Source of the DNA: Acidobacteriota bacterium
GTDB lineage: Bacteria > Acidobacteriota > UBA6911
Assembly (NCBI GenBank): GCA_963664705.1
Contig: OY761556.1
Location: 5,856,001-5,920,000, forward strand
Direction of reading: 5' to 3'
Length of the DNA: 64,000 bases
Part shown: positions 18,122-28,578 of the stretch, piece by piece
How positions within the stretch are numbered: the first letter of the stretch is position 1
Layout of the letters: each line of letters begins with the position of its first letter
Notes under the pieces: model-generated
The model's input: only the letters and a program-made list of their open reading frames with translations
Databases searched by the model: none
Told to the model about the DNA's origin: nothing
Program-made: the position numbers and the translations under genes

Positions 18122-19693
18122 TTAGCGTGAAACCTCAAAAGCACCGATATCACACCTACTGGATCGACTAAGCCCGCGCTGGTCGGTAGAGATAAGCACA
18201 CCATCATGATCTGTGCAGCCTGCGGGATTGCCGCCATTTATTGCGGGACTGGATGGCAGCAAGGCATGAGTGCAAGTATCACCACCATTTTGTCTAAGCG
18301 ATCCCAGTTTAGGGTTAACCTTTGATATGTCTCCTGGTCCGGCTAGGCCACAGCTTTCGTCAGAATCTAGATTATAGCCTCCTGAAACCAATGGAGCGTC
18401 ACAGTTTGCGCCAGAAGAACTGTCGCTTAGTATTGTGTTCTTAATTGTAATCACTGTGGATTTGTTGACATCCAAAGTCTTTCCGCGGGGCAAGAGGACG
18501 GGGCGATAGATTGCCCCACCTGAACCAATCGCTCGGCTCTTTCCTCGTATCATTCCGCCCGGTGAACCCCCCTGTGCCGCATTGCCGTAATACGTGCAGT
18601 TGCTTATCCATGCATCATTCACAAAATAGCTTGCCCCGCCCTGTCCATTACCACCATCTCCCGCACAATCAGCATAAACGGGAGCGTACATGTAATTTCC
18701 AGAGACACAAACACCCCCTGCGCCGCCTTTAGCCCGGTTCTGTGAAAAAGTGCTGTTGACTAAACTGACCGCAGCACTGGCGTACAGCGCTCCTCCAATC
18801 CCATCGCCTCCTTTTTGCAACTGGTCTCTTCCTGCTGCTCCTATAGCTGCGTTCTTATAGAAAGTGCAATTTGAAACAGCGCCTGCACCGGCTAAATACA
18901 GTGCGCCTCCCATCCCATTGCCCCCGGGGCCCCTTGGAATTCCATTTTGCACGGTATCACCGGGATTCCCTCCGATTGCCTGATTTTCTGCAAACGTGCT
19001 GTCCGTCAATACAATAGACCCACTGCTGAATATTGCCCCGCCGAACGCAGTGCCGCCAACTCCGGGTGCTACCGGCATTAAAGTGTGGTCGGGCCATGCG
19101 CCAAATCCGCCTGATCCTCCAATGGCGCGGTTAGTTGAAAATGTGCTGTTGATAATGGTTACAATGCCTTTATCGTTATATAGTCCGCCACCCTTAGCCG
19201 GACCGCCCGCTTGTCCGCTTACGCTTAGTTGTTGAGTGCCGCTTGCTCCCTGGGTTCCGATTGTATAGCCCTTCGTGACAATGAGGTTTCTCAATATAAA
19301 ATGAACTTCGGGGTTAACATAGAATACGCGTACGGCATCGTTGCCGCTGATCGTAATAGATTTGGTTCCCGGGCCACTGATAGCTATATTCTTGATAATG
19401 TTCAGGGTGCTGCTCAGAGTAATTGTGCCGACTAATCCGGGTGCGAAATCAATGACATCGTCGGAGACGGCTGCCCCAAGCGCTTCGCGCAATGAGCAGT
19501 CAGAATCGCATGCCCCGTCATTGGTATCAGCCAGCTTGGTTACAGTGTGTGGAGTTGGCGATGCCAGTGTTGAAAAAGACAATCGAAATAAGAACACGGC
19601 CAAGACAACCGCGCGTAAAAACTGTCGTTCGATTATTGACGCAATCGAACGACCCTGTTTATTGTCAAGGCGTCTGAGCATTTTGTCGATCAT
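18122..19693 (-). CDS. CSLREA-domain, Gly-rich beta-helix surface protein with choice-of-anchor-Q-like tail
   Basis: DTNDGACDSDCSLREAL; GGA(I/L)Y repeats; NGGDTCTHALLPSSPAING...DQRG...CDIGAFE. Confidence 0.85.
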   Translation of the reverse strand: MIDKMLRRLDNKQGRSIASIIERQFLRAVVLAVFLFRLSFSTLASPTPHTVTKLADTNDGACDSDCSLREALGAAVSDDVIDFAPGLVGTITLSSTLNIIKNIAISGPGTKSITISGNDAVRVFYVNPEVHFILRNLIVTKGYTIGTQGASGTQQLSVSGQAGGPAKGGGLYNDKGIVTIINSTFSTNRAIGGSGGFGAWPDHTLMPVAPGVGGTAFGGAIFSSGSIVLTDSTFAENQAIGGNPGDTVQNGIPRGPGGNGMGGALYLAGAGAVSNCTFYKNAAIGAAGRDQLQKGGDGIGGALYASAAVSLVNSTFSQNRAKGGAGGVCVSGNYMYAPVYADCAGDGGNGQGGASYFVNDAWISNCTYYGNAAQGGSPGGMIRGKSRAIGSGGAIYRPVLLPRGKTLDVNKSTVITIKNTILSDSSSGANCDAPLVSGGYNLDSDESCGLAGPGDISKVNPKLGSLRQNGGDTCTHALLPSSPAINGGNPAGCTDHDGVLISTDQRGLSRSSRCDIGAFEVSR

Positions 19694-20356
19694 GAGAAGT
19701 CCTCCTCGACATCGAACACCAGTGCCATGCAGTTGGAGCATTCTAGAAGTTGCTTGATTATAACGATATACAATCAAAAGGAGCAACGGTGATTAGGAGA
19801 GACTCCAGCATTTAGAAATCCACTGATTACTCGTGGCAACAACTCGAATTACAATGCTGTTATCCTTAGGATCGGCGGAAAATCTTCATAGGATAATTGT
19901 TCGCCTGCACAAAGGATGGTGGTCTGGCAGTTGAGCGGGAAGCTATAAATAGTCAGAGCAGGCATAATCAAAGATAATGCTCTCAATGTTCGAACTGAGT
20001 GGACTCTTTTCAGGGCCACAATCAAACTCCTAGCGGGATACAGATTCCTCGGTATGAGAGCGCGGTGAACATTCGTAAGTCCAATCGAGTCTAAGGCAAT
20101 CATGTATTGAAAAATTCAATACGGATCCTTTATGTCATAGGGAGAAAATGAGGGCTTTGATTGCGCTGCATCGGGAGAAAGAAGCTTTATCGCATTGCGT
20201 AATTGCTGAAAAGATAACATCAGATCTTATAAAACAATATAAGAAGAAGCTTGATAGCGGCCCAAACGAACTGACCAAGTCTCGTTTATGTCTGGTTAGC
20301 GCTGCTAGGATGTATTTGTTCCGAGTCTGTCCGCCAAAGTAGACAATATTTATCTG

Positions 20357-20415
20357 ACTCTGATGTGATTTACATTTTGGCGTTATCTCCCAGATTTGGA
20401 CATCAGGACAATTGC
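20357..20415 (+). repeat. Cassette-boundary repeat
   Basis: CTGATGTGATT-TACAT-TTTGGCG-TTATCTCC-CAGATTTGGAC-ATCAGGACAATTGC. Confidence 0.88.
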
Positions 20416-20560
20416 GATTACTTTTCCCTGGTAATATGCTGACTTTTAAGTGGCTGAGGAGATTCTCTTGAAGGAAAAGCCTTTTCAAATGCTATTCTGC
20501 GGCTGAAGAGTCTCTTTAGAATCAGATGTCAATTGAAGCGAAACGAGAGTGGAAAAAAAC

Positions 20561-21211
20561 ATGCGACATTTATTAAGAACAGCAGTTGTTGTCGTTTTGA
20601 TTTATGCCATTTTCATTGGTAATGTTTTGGCCCAGGGGGTTCCAAGGCCTACGGCTAAAATTCCCCGAGGATTGATGATTTTAGTGCCCGAAAATTATGA
20701 ACTCCAATCGCCCAGCACTTTTGCTTCAGGCACTAATGGAAGTGTTAGCTTTATTGCCAGCAAGCATATTGCCGGCCGTCGTGATGTCTACACCAGCGAA
20801 TACCATTTTGACCTGAGCATGATGGACAAGCCGCAGGTATTGGTTCAATCGCAAGGCCCGATTTATCGGAATAAAGTGGAGCAGGATTCCCAAAATGCCT
20901 TTAACAACGGCAACCAGAAAACTGAAATTGTCAATCCGGCTGTCGGTTATGACAAGCCTCAACTGACGAAGTATCCTTGGGGGAACGGAGTTACCCAGCG
21001 AGTGGTTCACAAATATATGGGTGCCGGCAAAGGCCAGGATGAGATCGAGTTCAGTTGCAGTTACTTTGGATTGATTATTAGCGGCAATAATTTCAAATTG
21101 TTTAAATTATCTGTCTCGGGAGTGGATAGCCGCGAGATAGCCGATCAATGGGCGGATAAGGCTGCAACAAGCATTGCCAAGATAACGCCGGGAGATCTCA
21201 ACGCTAAATAG
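20561..21211 (+). CDS. Hypothetical exported protein
   Basis: Signal peptide MRHLLRTAVVVVLIYAIFIGNVLAQ. Confidence 0.7.
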   Translation: MRHLLRTAVVVVLIYAIFIGNVLAQGVPRPTAKIPRGLMILVPENYELQSPSTFASGTNGSVSFIASKHIAGRRDVYTSEYHFDLSMMDKPQVLVQSQGPIYRNKVEQDSQNAFNNGNQKTEIVNPAVGYDKPQLTKYPWGNGVTQRVVHKYMGAGKGQDEIEFSCSYFGLIISGNNFKLFKLSVSGVDSREIADQWADKAATSIAKITPGDLNAK

Positions 21212-21213
21212 GA

Positions 21214-21251
21214 AGCGGTGGCTCCGGTTGTTTGGACAGCTTCCCAAAGGA
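21214..21251 (-). mobile_element. Solo 38-bp right end of the IS3-family element found at 35676 and 51562
   Basis: AGCGGTGGCTCCGGTTGTTTGGACAGCTTCCCAAAGGA identical to 51562-51599. Confidence 0.95.
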
Positions 21252-21264
21252 CTTCGTTATCTCC
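21252..21264 (+). repeat. Right half of the repeat core abutting the IS end
   Basis: CTTCG-TTATCTCC directly follows the point where IS identity stops. Confidence 0.6.
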
Positions 21265-21493
21265 TGGAGTGTAGAGGGTTTCACACGAACAGATCCTGCG
21301 GTGCTGGGCTGCGACACCGGGCGAAGGAGATATCACTACAGACGGTGATGGTAGCGCTCCGCCAGCAGCTTTATGGTATCAATACTGGCCGCGTCGATTC
21401 ACTCTCATGGCTCATCAGAGTTGCACTGACCATACTCCCTTCCCCCAGCAATATCTCGCATTGAATGAGAAGCAGTCGAGACGGACGCCGTGG

Positions 21494-22930
21494 CTAATCA
21501 ATGACCCGTCGAGTTCTTTCTATCGACCAAAGAATAATCGCGAAGGCAAAAAGATAGAATCCAACGGCCGGGAGAATCAGATCGGAACCCCGCATGTGCC
21601 ATGGTGACTGCCCGGTCCACCTTTCCCAACGCAGGTAAAGGACCGTCAGGATGAGAGGGAATTGGATTAACATGATCGCGTAGAACAGCTGATTTGCCTT
21701 TTCCTGTTTCTGGAGAAGAACCTGTCTGCTAAGGAGGAAGGCAGTTAGTACAATTGCGAAAATGGAAGAAGCAGCCATTGAGTCATGCGCTTTCGCTGCA
21801 TATACGGAAAGGTAGGCAAATGGATTGCCGAAGGTTGAGCCCAATAGCCATGCATATACATTCCACTTGAATCCCTTCGAATTCGGATCACCAAATGGCC
21901 GTTTGGTATCAGCCTTCTCTTGAACTTGCCCTTGCTCATTTTGAATCTTCCGACGGAGGCGTTTTGTCAAAATAATGCCGGCCGCAAGTACCAAAAGGCC
22001 GCCGACGAATTGAATAAAAAAGATGCGTTCATCCTTGCCGAACCAATGATAGGCCGCCAATCCACTGACAACAATAAAGAGGAATGCCGCCTCTGTAAGT
22101 ATCCAAAGCTTTCTCTCGCGCAGTGAACGGGCGCTGTTTATGGTGCCTATCATGGAAAGGAATCCGGCAAGCGTTGCAAGAATCGGCGTCAGCATGCCGG
22201 CAAGGAAGCCCAACAAAGAACCGGACTTTGCCGCTGCGGAACCCTTCGCGGCTGCAACACCGATCGCCGACGTTCCCGTCGGTAAAGTCAGTATCGGCAA
22301 TCCGGCCAAAACAGCCAATGTAAATCGCTTTCCGGGAACAGACTGCCTGAGTGCAGTTTCAACAAAAGATTCTACCTCCATCTTCAGGAGTTTGCGCCCG
22401 CGTGATAGTCGCTGCTTCACCACCTCCTCCGATAGCTCTAGCGACCCCGCCACACTTTCGATGGATTTCCCTTCGCGATAAAACAATATGATCGGTTCGC
22501 GATAAATTTGCGGGATGTGCTCCAGGGAACGCCAAAGAATGGATTCTTCTTCGTTGCTGATGGCGTAGTCCTCGGGCAACGCTTCCGCCGAAGGAAGATA
22601 GGCCGCCTCATCGAGCGGTTCGGAGTGATATGCCGGTTCCTGCTTCCGGCTTCGCACGGCATCGGCGATAATATTGCGTGCGATGCTGCACAGCCAGGAC
22701 CGGAGTTTCTCCGGGTCCCGCAGCGTTTGCAATCCCTTCCACGCTGCAATGAATGTTTCCTGTGCAAGATCTTCACTTTGGCTCAAACTGCCGGTAGCGC
22801 TATAGGCCAACGAACATACCAGCGACTGATAGCGCGTAACAATTTGAGCAAAGGCATCCCGCTGGCCGGCTACGGCTTGAGCTGTCAGTTCGGAATCCGT
22901 GGAGTTTGAATCTTTCAAGATATTGACCAT
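21494..22930 (-). CDS. ECF RNA polymerase sigma factor with long C-terminal multi-TM extension
   Basis: AFAQIVTRY, SEDLAQETF, SWLCSIARN, VKQRLSRGR; about 7 hydrophobic helices after residue ~235. Confidence 0.88.
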   Translation of the reverse strand: MVNILKDSNSTDSELTAQAVAGQRDAFAQIVTRYQSLVCSLAYSATGSLSQSEDLAQETFIAAWKGLQTLRDPEKLRSWLCSIARNIIADAVRSRKQEPAYHSEPLDEAAYLPSAEALPEDYAISNEEESILWRSLEHIPQIYREPIILFYREGKSIESVAGSLELSEEVVKQRLSRGRKLLKMEVESFVETALRQSVPGKRFTLAVLAGLPILTLPTGTSAIGVAAAKGSAAAKSGSLLGFLAGMLTPILATLAGFLSMIGTINSARSLRERKLWILTEAAFLFIVVSGLAAYHWFGKDERIFFIQFVGGLLVLAAGIILTKRLRRKIQNEQGQVQEKADTKRPFGDPNSKGFKWNVYAWLLGSTFGNPFAYLSVYAAKAHDSMAASSIFAIVLTAFLLSRQVLLQKQEKANQLFYAIMLIQFPLILTVLYLRWERWTGQSPWHMRGSDLILPAVGFYLFAFAIILWSIERTRRVID

Positions 22931-23184
22931 GGTAGAGTGCCTCTGGCTAAATGTCTATAAAGCAGTGAACCCGCCGGGTTATTGAGATTTCATCTACTCT
23001 TTCAGACAACGTATAGGTCGCAACCTCAAAAGAAAAGGTGACGGAAATTCTTTGGTGGATTCAATAATTGATGCAGGAGATTCGAACTTTCCTGCCCTTA
23101 TAAACCAGTATCGCAGCCCTTGTCGCAGGATTCGGTCAACGCCGCGAGGATCCGTAATTGCGGAGTATTCTGGTAGGAAAAAGG

Positions 23185-23224
23185 GGAATTGCCATTTTGG
23201 CGCAATGTCCCTGATTCGCAGGAC
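23185..23224 (+). repeat. Cassette-boundary repeat
   Basis: GGAATT-GCCAT-TTTGGCG-CAATGTCC-CTGATTCG. Confidence 0.8.
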
Positions 23225-23293
23225 CTATCTGGTCCATGATGGAATGCCGCCGTGTTTCCAGCACAAATCTGATGGCTCAAAGGAGACGCTATC

Positions 23294-23450
23294 GTGAAGA
23301 CATTGGCTCTGATGCTGGCGCTATTTTCATACTCCAGTCTTGCCCAAGAATCATCCCAATACCGTGCCTGCAATCAGAAGGCAAAGACTCCGGCAGAGAT
23401 GAGCATTTGTGCCAGCAGCGAAGGCTGATGCGCGTCTGAACGAAATCAAG
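23294..23450 (+). pseudogene. LprI/DUF1311-like lysozyme inhibitor fragment
   Basis: RBS AGGAG, GTG; KTLALMLALFSYSSLAQ..ACNQKAKTPAEMSICAS* with ADARLNEI in another frame. Confidence 0.55.
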
Positions 23451-23525
23451 GATTAGGCTGCAGGATTTGGGCTGCCGGTATCAGGGAATTTCTGGAAAAT
23501 CAAACTAATGAATGGCCTCACTAGA

Positions 23526-24536
23526 TCAGTTTTCGGTCGGCTTTTTCTCAATGTGATCGATGATGAGCTTCTCCACGGGCGCTTTTCGCGATTCCAGCTT
23601 CAAGCCCAGTTTCTCGACTGCTCGAAAGACTACCCCACTGGAGGGATCTGAGGCGGCCATCCCCGCATCCGTGGCGGGAGCAGGTGTGGGTGGTGCGCCA
23701 AAGGGGTTGGACATCGAGCCGAGTGCCGGATTCCGAGGCAGACTCCGCATGGTGTCCTTCATAAGTGCCTCAAATGGAACCTCCATTGTCACGTGGTAAA
23801 AACCCTTCAATCTGGTTTGATTAATGACTGGCCGATCCGGCACCATTCCCGCAAGCGTCTCTTCGGCGAAAGCATCCATGGTAACCCTGACTAAATCCAT
23901 CCGCATGCTGCCATTTGCGCCGTATTTGGTGCGCACGGTGCCCTCGGGCCCGCCAGTTCTAACTGACGTTCCATCAGGTTCCCGGCTGGTAGTGATCTGC
24001 TGTCCATCCCTTCTGTAGAGCGCCGTTTCGCTTGCGCTACCACTACTGTTCAATTCTGGGGACGTAGAAGGAGCCGCGGGCTCAACGGCCTTCTGCAACT
24101 TCGGGCCATTCTTGGCCACAACAAGCGCATATACCGGCTGGTCTCTTTTTTCTCTGTGAATTGCTATCTTGAACCTGTCCGCCAGAAGCGACTGAAGCAT
24201 CTGTGGAATCTGATCCTTCGTTGCACCATCAGGCATTTGTGCCTGAATTTCAAACCGCTCGGAATCCAGCCAATCAGGCCCGGCAATTTGAAGTGGAGTT
24301 TTGAGACGATATGCAGTTGCGACCCAATCAATTAGCCGCAGAGTGCCATCGACTCGATTGCCCACAATTTTCATCCCGGGTAGTCGCGGTGTTCCAGGCG
24401 GGATCTCCCTAACCGATGCAACCACAAAGGCTGGGTGGCGATCAGTTGTGGCTTGAGAGGCAATGGGCATCGCTGTAGCACCAATTGCCGGAAGGAGCGT
24501 AGCTAAGAAAATGCCATAGATAACAGATGTCTTCAT
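23526..24536 (-). CDS. TIGR03435-family protein
   Basis: FVVASVR, GPDWLDSERFEIQA, MLQSLLADRFK, PVYALVVAKNGPKL, LGLKLESRKAPVE..IDHIEKKPTEN. Confidence 0.92.
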   Translation of the reverse strand: MKTSVIYGIFLATLLPAIGATAMPIASQATTDRHPAFVVASVREIPPGTPRLPGMKIVGNRVDGTLRLIDWVATAYRLKTPLQIAGPDWLDSERFEIQAQMPDGATKDQIPQMLQSLLADRFKIAIHREKRDQPVYALVVAKNGPKLQKAVEPAAPSTSPELNSSGSASETALYRRDGQQITTSREPDGTSVRTGGPEGTVRTKYGANGSMRMDLVRVTMDAFAEETLAGMVPDRPVINQTRLKGFYHVTMEVPFEALMKDTMRSLPRNPALGSMSNPFGAPPTPAPATDAGMAASDPSSGVVFRAVEKLGLKLESRKAPVEKLIIDHIEKKPTEN

Positions 24537-24803
24537 TGCACCCTCGTTTCTTGTCAGACGCAGCGATTTGCAAACCATTGGCTTAGATAAAGCAAAATCG
24601 TCGAGCTTTCATTATCATAGATGCAAGAAGCGATGGATTAGTCTATGCAATGTGCTAAAAACTAAAAATAATCGCTGAATGACATTATCTGGAAAGGGCA
24701 ATCCCACCCAGGATCCAAACCGCTTTTTATTGTAGGATCTAAGGAGCGCCAGTAATCGCAAGCTGGCACTGCTGCCCCGAGACGGCGAACGAAGTGGATT
24801 GAA

Positions 24804-25526
24804 CTATGAGGCTGCAGCTGCTTTTCGCTTGGCCGTATAGTTCACGACTACGCTGCCCAGAATTCCGGCGCCGAGAAGGAAGTAGAAATCGCGCACCCGC
24901 AGGGTGATGGCAAAAACCGTGGAAGCCGAAGCGAACCCCCACATCATGCATTCGGTGACGAAGCCCTGCAGCCAGCGTGGGGGCACATTCCCCTGCGGAA
25001 GACGGGGCGTCAATGCAGGCAACAGCCGTGGGACCAAGTTCACATACTGGCGGTAAGAATCGCCCTGCGTGCCCAGCAGCCCGGCTTCTTCCCGCTCTAT
25101 CAACCGCAGCAGGAACAGCGCGTTTCCGATAATCAGCACAACGGCACCGACCCGGCTTGCCATAAAAGCAAAGCCGATAGCGAGCAGAATATTCCCCAGG
25201 TACAGCGGATTGCGGCAGTAGCGGTATGGACCATCCGCGATCAGGCGGTTGGTCTGCATTCCTGGCTGGTGAACGACTATGCCACCAAGATAAGCTGAAG
25301 CCCAGCTCCGCAGCAACGCGTTGAGAATGGTCAATGCCGCGCCGATCGCAAACGCCCAGTGAAAGACCGTGTCCGAAGCCCACTGATTGCCGTGACGCTG
25401 TGCGATCCAGTGCAGCACGCTGGCAACACTGTTCCGGTCGTGGAAGGCATAGAGAAAGAAGCTGAAATTATAAATGACGGCAATCAACCACCAGCGATTG
25501 CGGAATTCAAACTCGGTTGCCTTCAT
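24804..25526 (-). CDS. Isoprenylcysteine carboxyl methyltransferase (ICMT/PEMT) family membrane protein
   Basis: LIADGPYRYCRNPLYLG, EREE..L, YRQY..VPRL. Confidence 0.85.
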   Translation of the reverse strand: MKATEFEFRNRWWLIAVIYNFSFFLYAFHDRNSVASVLHWIAQRHGNQWASDTVFHWAFAIGAALTILNALLRSWASAYLGGIVVHQPGMQTNRLIADGPYRYCRNPLYLGNILLAIGFAFMASRVGAVVLIIGNALFLLRLIEREEAGLLGTQGDSYRQYVNLVPRLLPALTPRLPQGNVPPRWLQGFVTECMMWGFASASTVFAITLRVRDFYFLLGAGILGSVVVNYTAKRKAAAAS

Positions 25527-25711
25527 CGCGAGTTTCCTTTGATTGCATAATGGGATTGAATATGGCGACTCCATACCGTGTTCCCATCATCGCAGATAGT
25601 CGCAACGCCCTCAAGTTCCAATTCTCACATCGGACTTCATCGCTTCGGCAAGCGCCATCTCCGCCTCGCCTGCCAACCCCTGGGGTGCGTCTCTGCTCAC
25701 GGGAGGCGGGG

Positions 25712-25748
25712 GGTAACTTCTCCGATGGCGATTTATGGAAAACCATGA
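25712..25748 (+). repeat. Possible right half of the cassette-boundary repeat
   Basis: GTAACTTCTCCGATGGCGATTTATGGAAAACCATG aligns without gaps to 39312-39346. Confidence 0.4.
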
Positions 25749-25792
25749 CAAGGAGCAGTTATAGTTAACAGCATTACCGGAGCTGCCATAGG

Positions 25793-26295
25793 ATGAATTC
25801 ATCTCGCATACTTCGCACAATTCTTGTCTTGCTAATTCTGATTTGCACGGCAGGGTGCGATCAGGTTACAAAGCATATTGCCCGATCCGAGCTTTGTAAA
25901 ACGGGTCCGGTCATGCTGCCTGGTCGATTCATCGAGTTCACACTTGCCGATAACCCAGGTGCCTTTCTTAGCCTGGGCGCCTCATTGCCCCAAATTGCTC
26001 GAGTTGTCCTTACAATCTTTTTAGGTGTTGGCCTTGCATTCTGTTCGTTTTTCTCATTCGAACGTCCGGACTGCAATGGATCTCCTTTTTAGGGCTGGCG
26101 TTTACATTTTCTGGAGGAATGAGCAATCTCTTTGACCGTCTGGTTCGCCATGGGTTCGTCACAGATTTTATGGTTGTGCAGGTCGGTCCATTTCACACGG
26201 GCATTTTTAACGCCGCAGACTTCAACATTCTGCTCGGTATGCTTATGTTCTTTATGTCCACGGTGCTGACTCGGCAAAAGTCGAAGGTTAACTAA
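25793..26295 (+). pseudogene. lspA: Signal peptidase II, frameshifted near 26040
   Basis: DQVTK, NPGAFLS in the first frame; GGMSNLFDRL..GFVTDF..GIFNAAD in the second frame; a 1-nt deletion restores the frame. Confidence 0.85.
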
Positions 26296-26413
26296 GGGTG
26301 TTATCCGGTTCCTTTTATATGCGATCGAAAGGACATTGGGCTAAAATCCTCTCTTTAGATCGGGCAAAAGCAACAATTCGTGGCTGCGCCCATAGTATCG
26401 CAAGGTAGCGAGA

Positions 26414-27052
26414 ATGCAAGGATCTGAGACCATATACCTTATTCGTCACGCTCAGAGCATGCCGCGCAAATCCGAATTGTTTTCACAATGGAATCTGAGC
26501 GCGCTAGGTATGCAGCAGGCTGCTGCATTGGCAGCGTTGCTCGCACCGTTGGGAATTACGCGCATTTACTCCAGTCCTTTTATTCGAAGCATGGAAACCG
26601 CTAAGCCACTGAGCCATAGGATTGGAGCGGATGTACAGATTGTCGATGGTCTTCGGGAGCGACAGCCGCTGATTGACAAGGGACTGCCGCTCGGTGCGGA
26701 ATGGTATCAGGCATGGTGCCGCGCATGGGAAGATTTCAATTTCGCTCCGCCCGGCTGCGAGTCATCGTTTGCGGCGCAGGAGAGAGTTGTTAAGGCTATT
26801 GAAGATATCGCGAGGAAGAATACAGACGTAACGGCTGTATTCACGCACGGACATGTCATGGCTCTATTCCTTAACGCAGTCACGAGGGGTATGTTTGATC
26901 GGAAAGACGCGGAGGCGCTGACCAATCCTGATGTGATGAGGATCGAGTGGAAAGATCCGGCGTTTATATGGGACCAGCATTTTCGGCTCCCAGGACTTGA
27001 GAAAATCACGACGCAGCACGAGGAGACGCCTCTAGAGAAAACCACATCCTGA
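26414..27052 (+). CDS. Histidine phosphatase (phosphoglycerate mutase-like) family protein
   Basis: LIRHAQ, YSSPFIRSMETA, LRER, FTHG. Confidence 0.9.
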   Translation: MQGSETIYLIRHAQSMPRKSELFSQWNLSALGMQQAAALAALLAPLGITRIYSSPFIRSMETAKPLSHRIGADVQIVDGLRERQPLIDKGLPLGAEWYQAWCRAWEDFNFAPPGCESSFAAQERVVKAIEDIARKNTDVTAVFTHGHVMALFLNAVTRGMFDRKDAEALTNPDVMRIEWKDPAFIWDQHFRLPGLEKITTQHEETPLEKTTS

Positions 27053-27199
27053 ATAGTCCAGGCGATGACAGCAATAGGCGTTTTTTGTTTTGCCCCCCCC
27101 AAACGGATGTTGTCTCGACTGTTAGGAGAAACCAATCATGATGAACCGCGGCCCCGGAGTCGTGGTCCCTAAGCGGCAAGCCTGGAAATGTCATTGCAT

Positions 27200-27266
27200 A
27201 GAATGCAAATATTGAAGGCGGCAATTTACATGTTCGCGTTATCTCCCCCAAGGCGACTTCGCACAA
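27200..27266 (+). repeat. Cassette-boundary repeat
   Basis: AGAATGCAAATATTGAAGGCGGCAATT-TACAT-GTTCGCG-TTATCTCC-CCCAAGGCGAC-TTC. Confidence 0.85.
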
Positions 27267-27365
27267 GCTTGCTAGTTCGAATCGTGCAGATGCCTCCACA
27301 GCATTACCATCATGTTGAGTTAGAAAGCTGAAAAAGGGGATGTTTTGCAGCTGAAACCTTGATAT

Positions 27366-27830
27366 ATGCTAGTACGTATTCAGGGCCATGAGTTCGTTTT
27401 CGGAGTGATTGTGTTCGACCCAAATGCTCGGCTCAATGCACAATTATTGGATAAATTTCAGCAACTGGTAGAACGATTGGAGTTCCCAGGGAAAAATGGG
27501 CTCCGGTTTATAACTACCATCGTGGCAATTATTGCAACCCTTGCCATATGGTTCATTCATCTCAATCGGCCATTATCGCTGGGCAGATATGGTGTCGATG
27601 TGTGGATTTTAGGCTTTATTGTAGCGTTCATTCCTCCCTTTCTGGCCTTTTTGTGCATCGGATTTTCCATATTCCCGCCCAAAAGAAAGGATCAGGATGT
27701 TATATTGCCGATATCATCTAGCATTGAAAATCCATCTGCTGATAGGCGCCAGAGAATAATGCTTATCGCAGGAGTTTTAGGCACTGTTAATTACCTATTG
27801 ATGCTGGCCACGAGCCACATCGGACTGTGA
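27366..27830 (+). CDS. Hypothetical membrane protein (start uncertain)
   Basis: ORF with three hydrophobic segments, alone between two repeats. Confidence 0.55.
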   Translation: MLVRIQGHEFVFGVIVFDPNARLNAQLLDKFQQLVERLEFPGKNGLRFITTIVAIIATLAIWFIHLNRPLSLGRYGVDVWILGFIVAFIPPFLAFLCIGFSIFPPKRKDQDVILPISSSIENPSADRRQRIMLIAGVLGTVNYLLMLATSHIGL

Positions 27831-28007
27831 TCGAAAGATCCATGGATTCGGTCCAGCCCTGCTGGCGCAGTCACGACATAGATAATCAAGACACCTCATG
27901 GCCAAAATGTCAGACATGAAAAGGCTTATTCAAATCAGAGATCGGTCGCAATGCCGTAAGGAACGGGAAACGGCAGATATCTGTCGGGAAGCTTCACAAC
28001 CGATGAC

Positions 28008-28060
28008 CAGCACTGACGGGCAATTAACATTTTGGCGTTATCTCCCAGAACTTCAGGACA
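28008..28060 (+). repeat. Cassette-boundary repeat
   Basis: CAGCACTGACGGGCAATT-AACAT-TTTGGCG-TTATCTCC-CAGAAC-TTCAGGACA. Confidence 0.88.
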
Positions 28061-28149
28061 GCATCGTTCGTTTCATCGAATGCCAGAGCGGAAAGAGAAC
28101 ACTATTATGCTCGGTTTTCAGTTATCACTTAGAAAACATAGGGGAAGCA

Positions 28150-28479
28150 ATGTCTCTGTGGATTCGGCATAGGAACAAATCAGGCAGGCATTTGTGGTTG
28201 ATCGATACGCATCCGGTTTTGCTGTTATTTGTGATAGCTGCATTAATGATTGCCGCAGTAAGGTATGCGGAATTATTTGCGAAGACGACGCTGGTCATCA
28301 TGGGGAGCGGCCTAATATGTCTTACTGTCGCTAAAGTTTCGCTTTTTAGACGAGGGATTTGGATCTCGTAGAGGTCTCATTATATGACGAGAATGAATGC
28401 CGTGATCTATAAAACGGGATACGCATTGTTGGGCAGTGGCGCGGTCCTCCTATTGCTGGTGAGCTTCACGATAAAATAG
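28150..28479 (+). pseudogene. Small membrane protein with internal TAG at 28369
   Basis: MSLWIRHR...RRGIWIS*RSHYMT...YKTGYALLGSGAVLLLLVSFTIK*; the hydrophobic reading continues past the stop. Confidence 0.55.
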
Positions 28480-28525
28480 ATTGTGATAATCGCAAAAGGC
28501 GCGCTGTAGCAATTTGGCCGCAGAG

Positions 28526-28574
28526 CAACTTCCTCGAATCAGACTGCAGGACAATTGCATTCGGATTTCGGGGA
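28526..28574 (+). repeat. Cassette-boundary repeat, full right arm with degenerate core
   Basis: CAACTTCC-TCGAATCAGAC-TGCAGGACAATTGCATTCGGATTTCGGGGA. Confidence 0.75.
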
Positions 28575-28578
28575 AACT

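Noticed and set aside
19790-20356. Short ORFs in the AT-richer gap upstream of the CSLREA gene
   Set aside because: No recognisable motifs; possibly decayed DNA, but unsupported.
28020-28050. Repeat core read as XerCD dif/pdif (AATTAACAT resembles ATTTAACATAA)
   Set aside because: Arm spacing is 1 nt shorter than dif, the inner TAA is missing, and the extended palindromic arms are not a dif feature; a Xer-like enzyme is not excluded.
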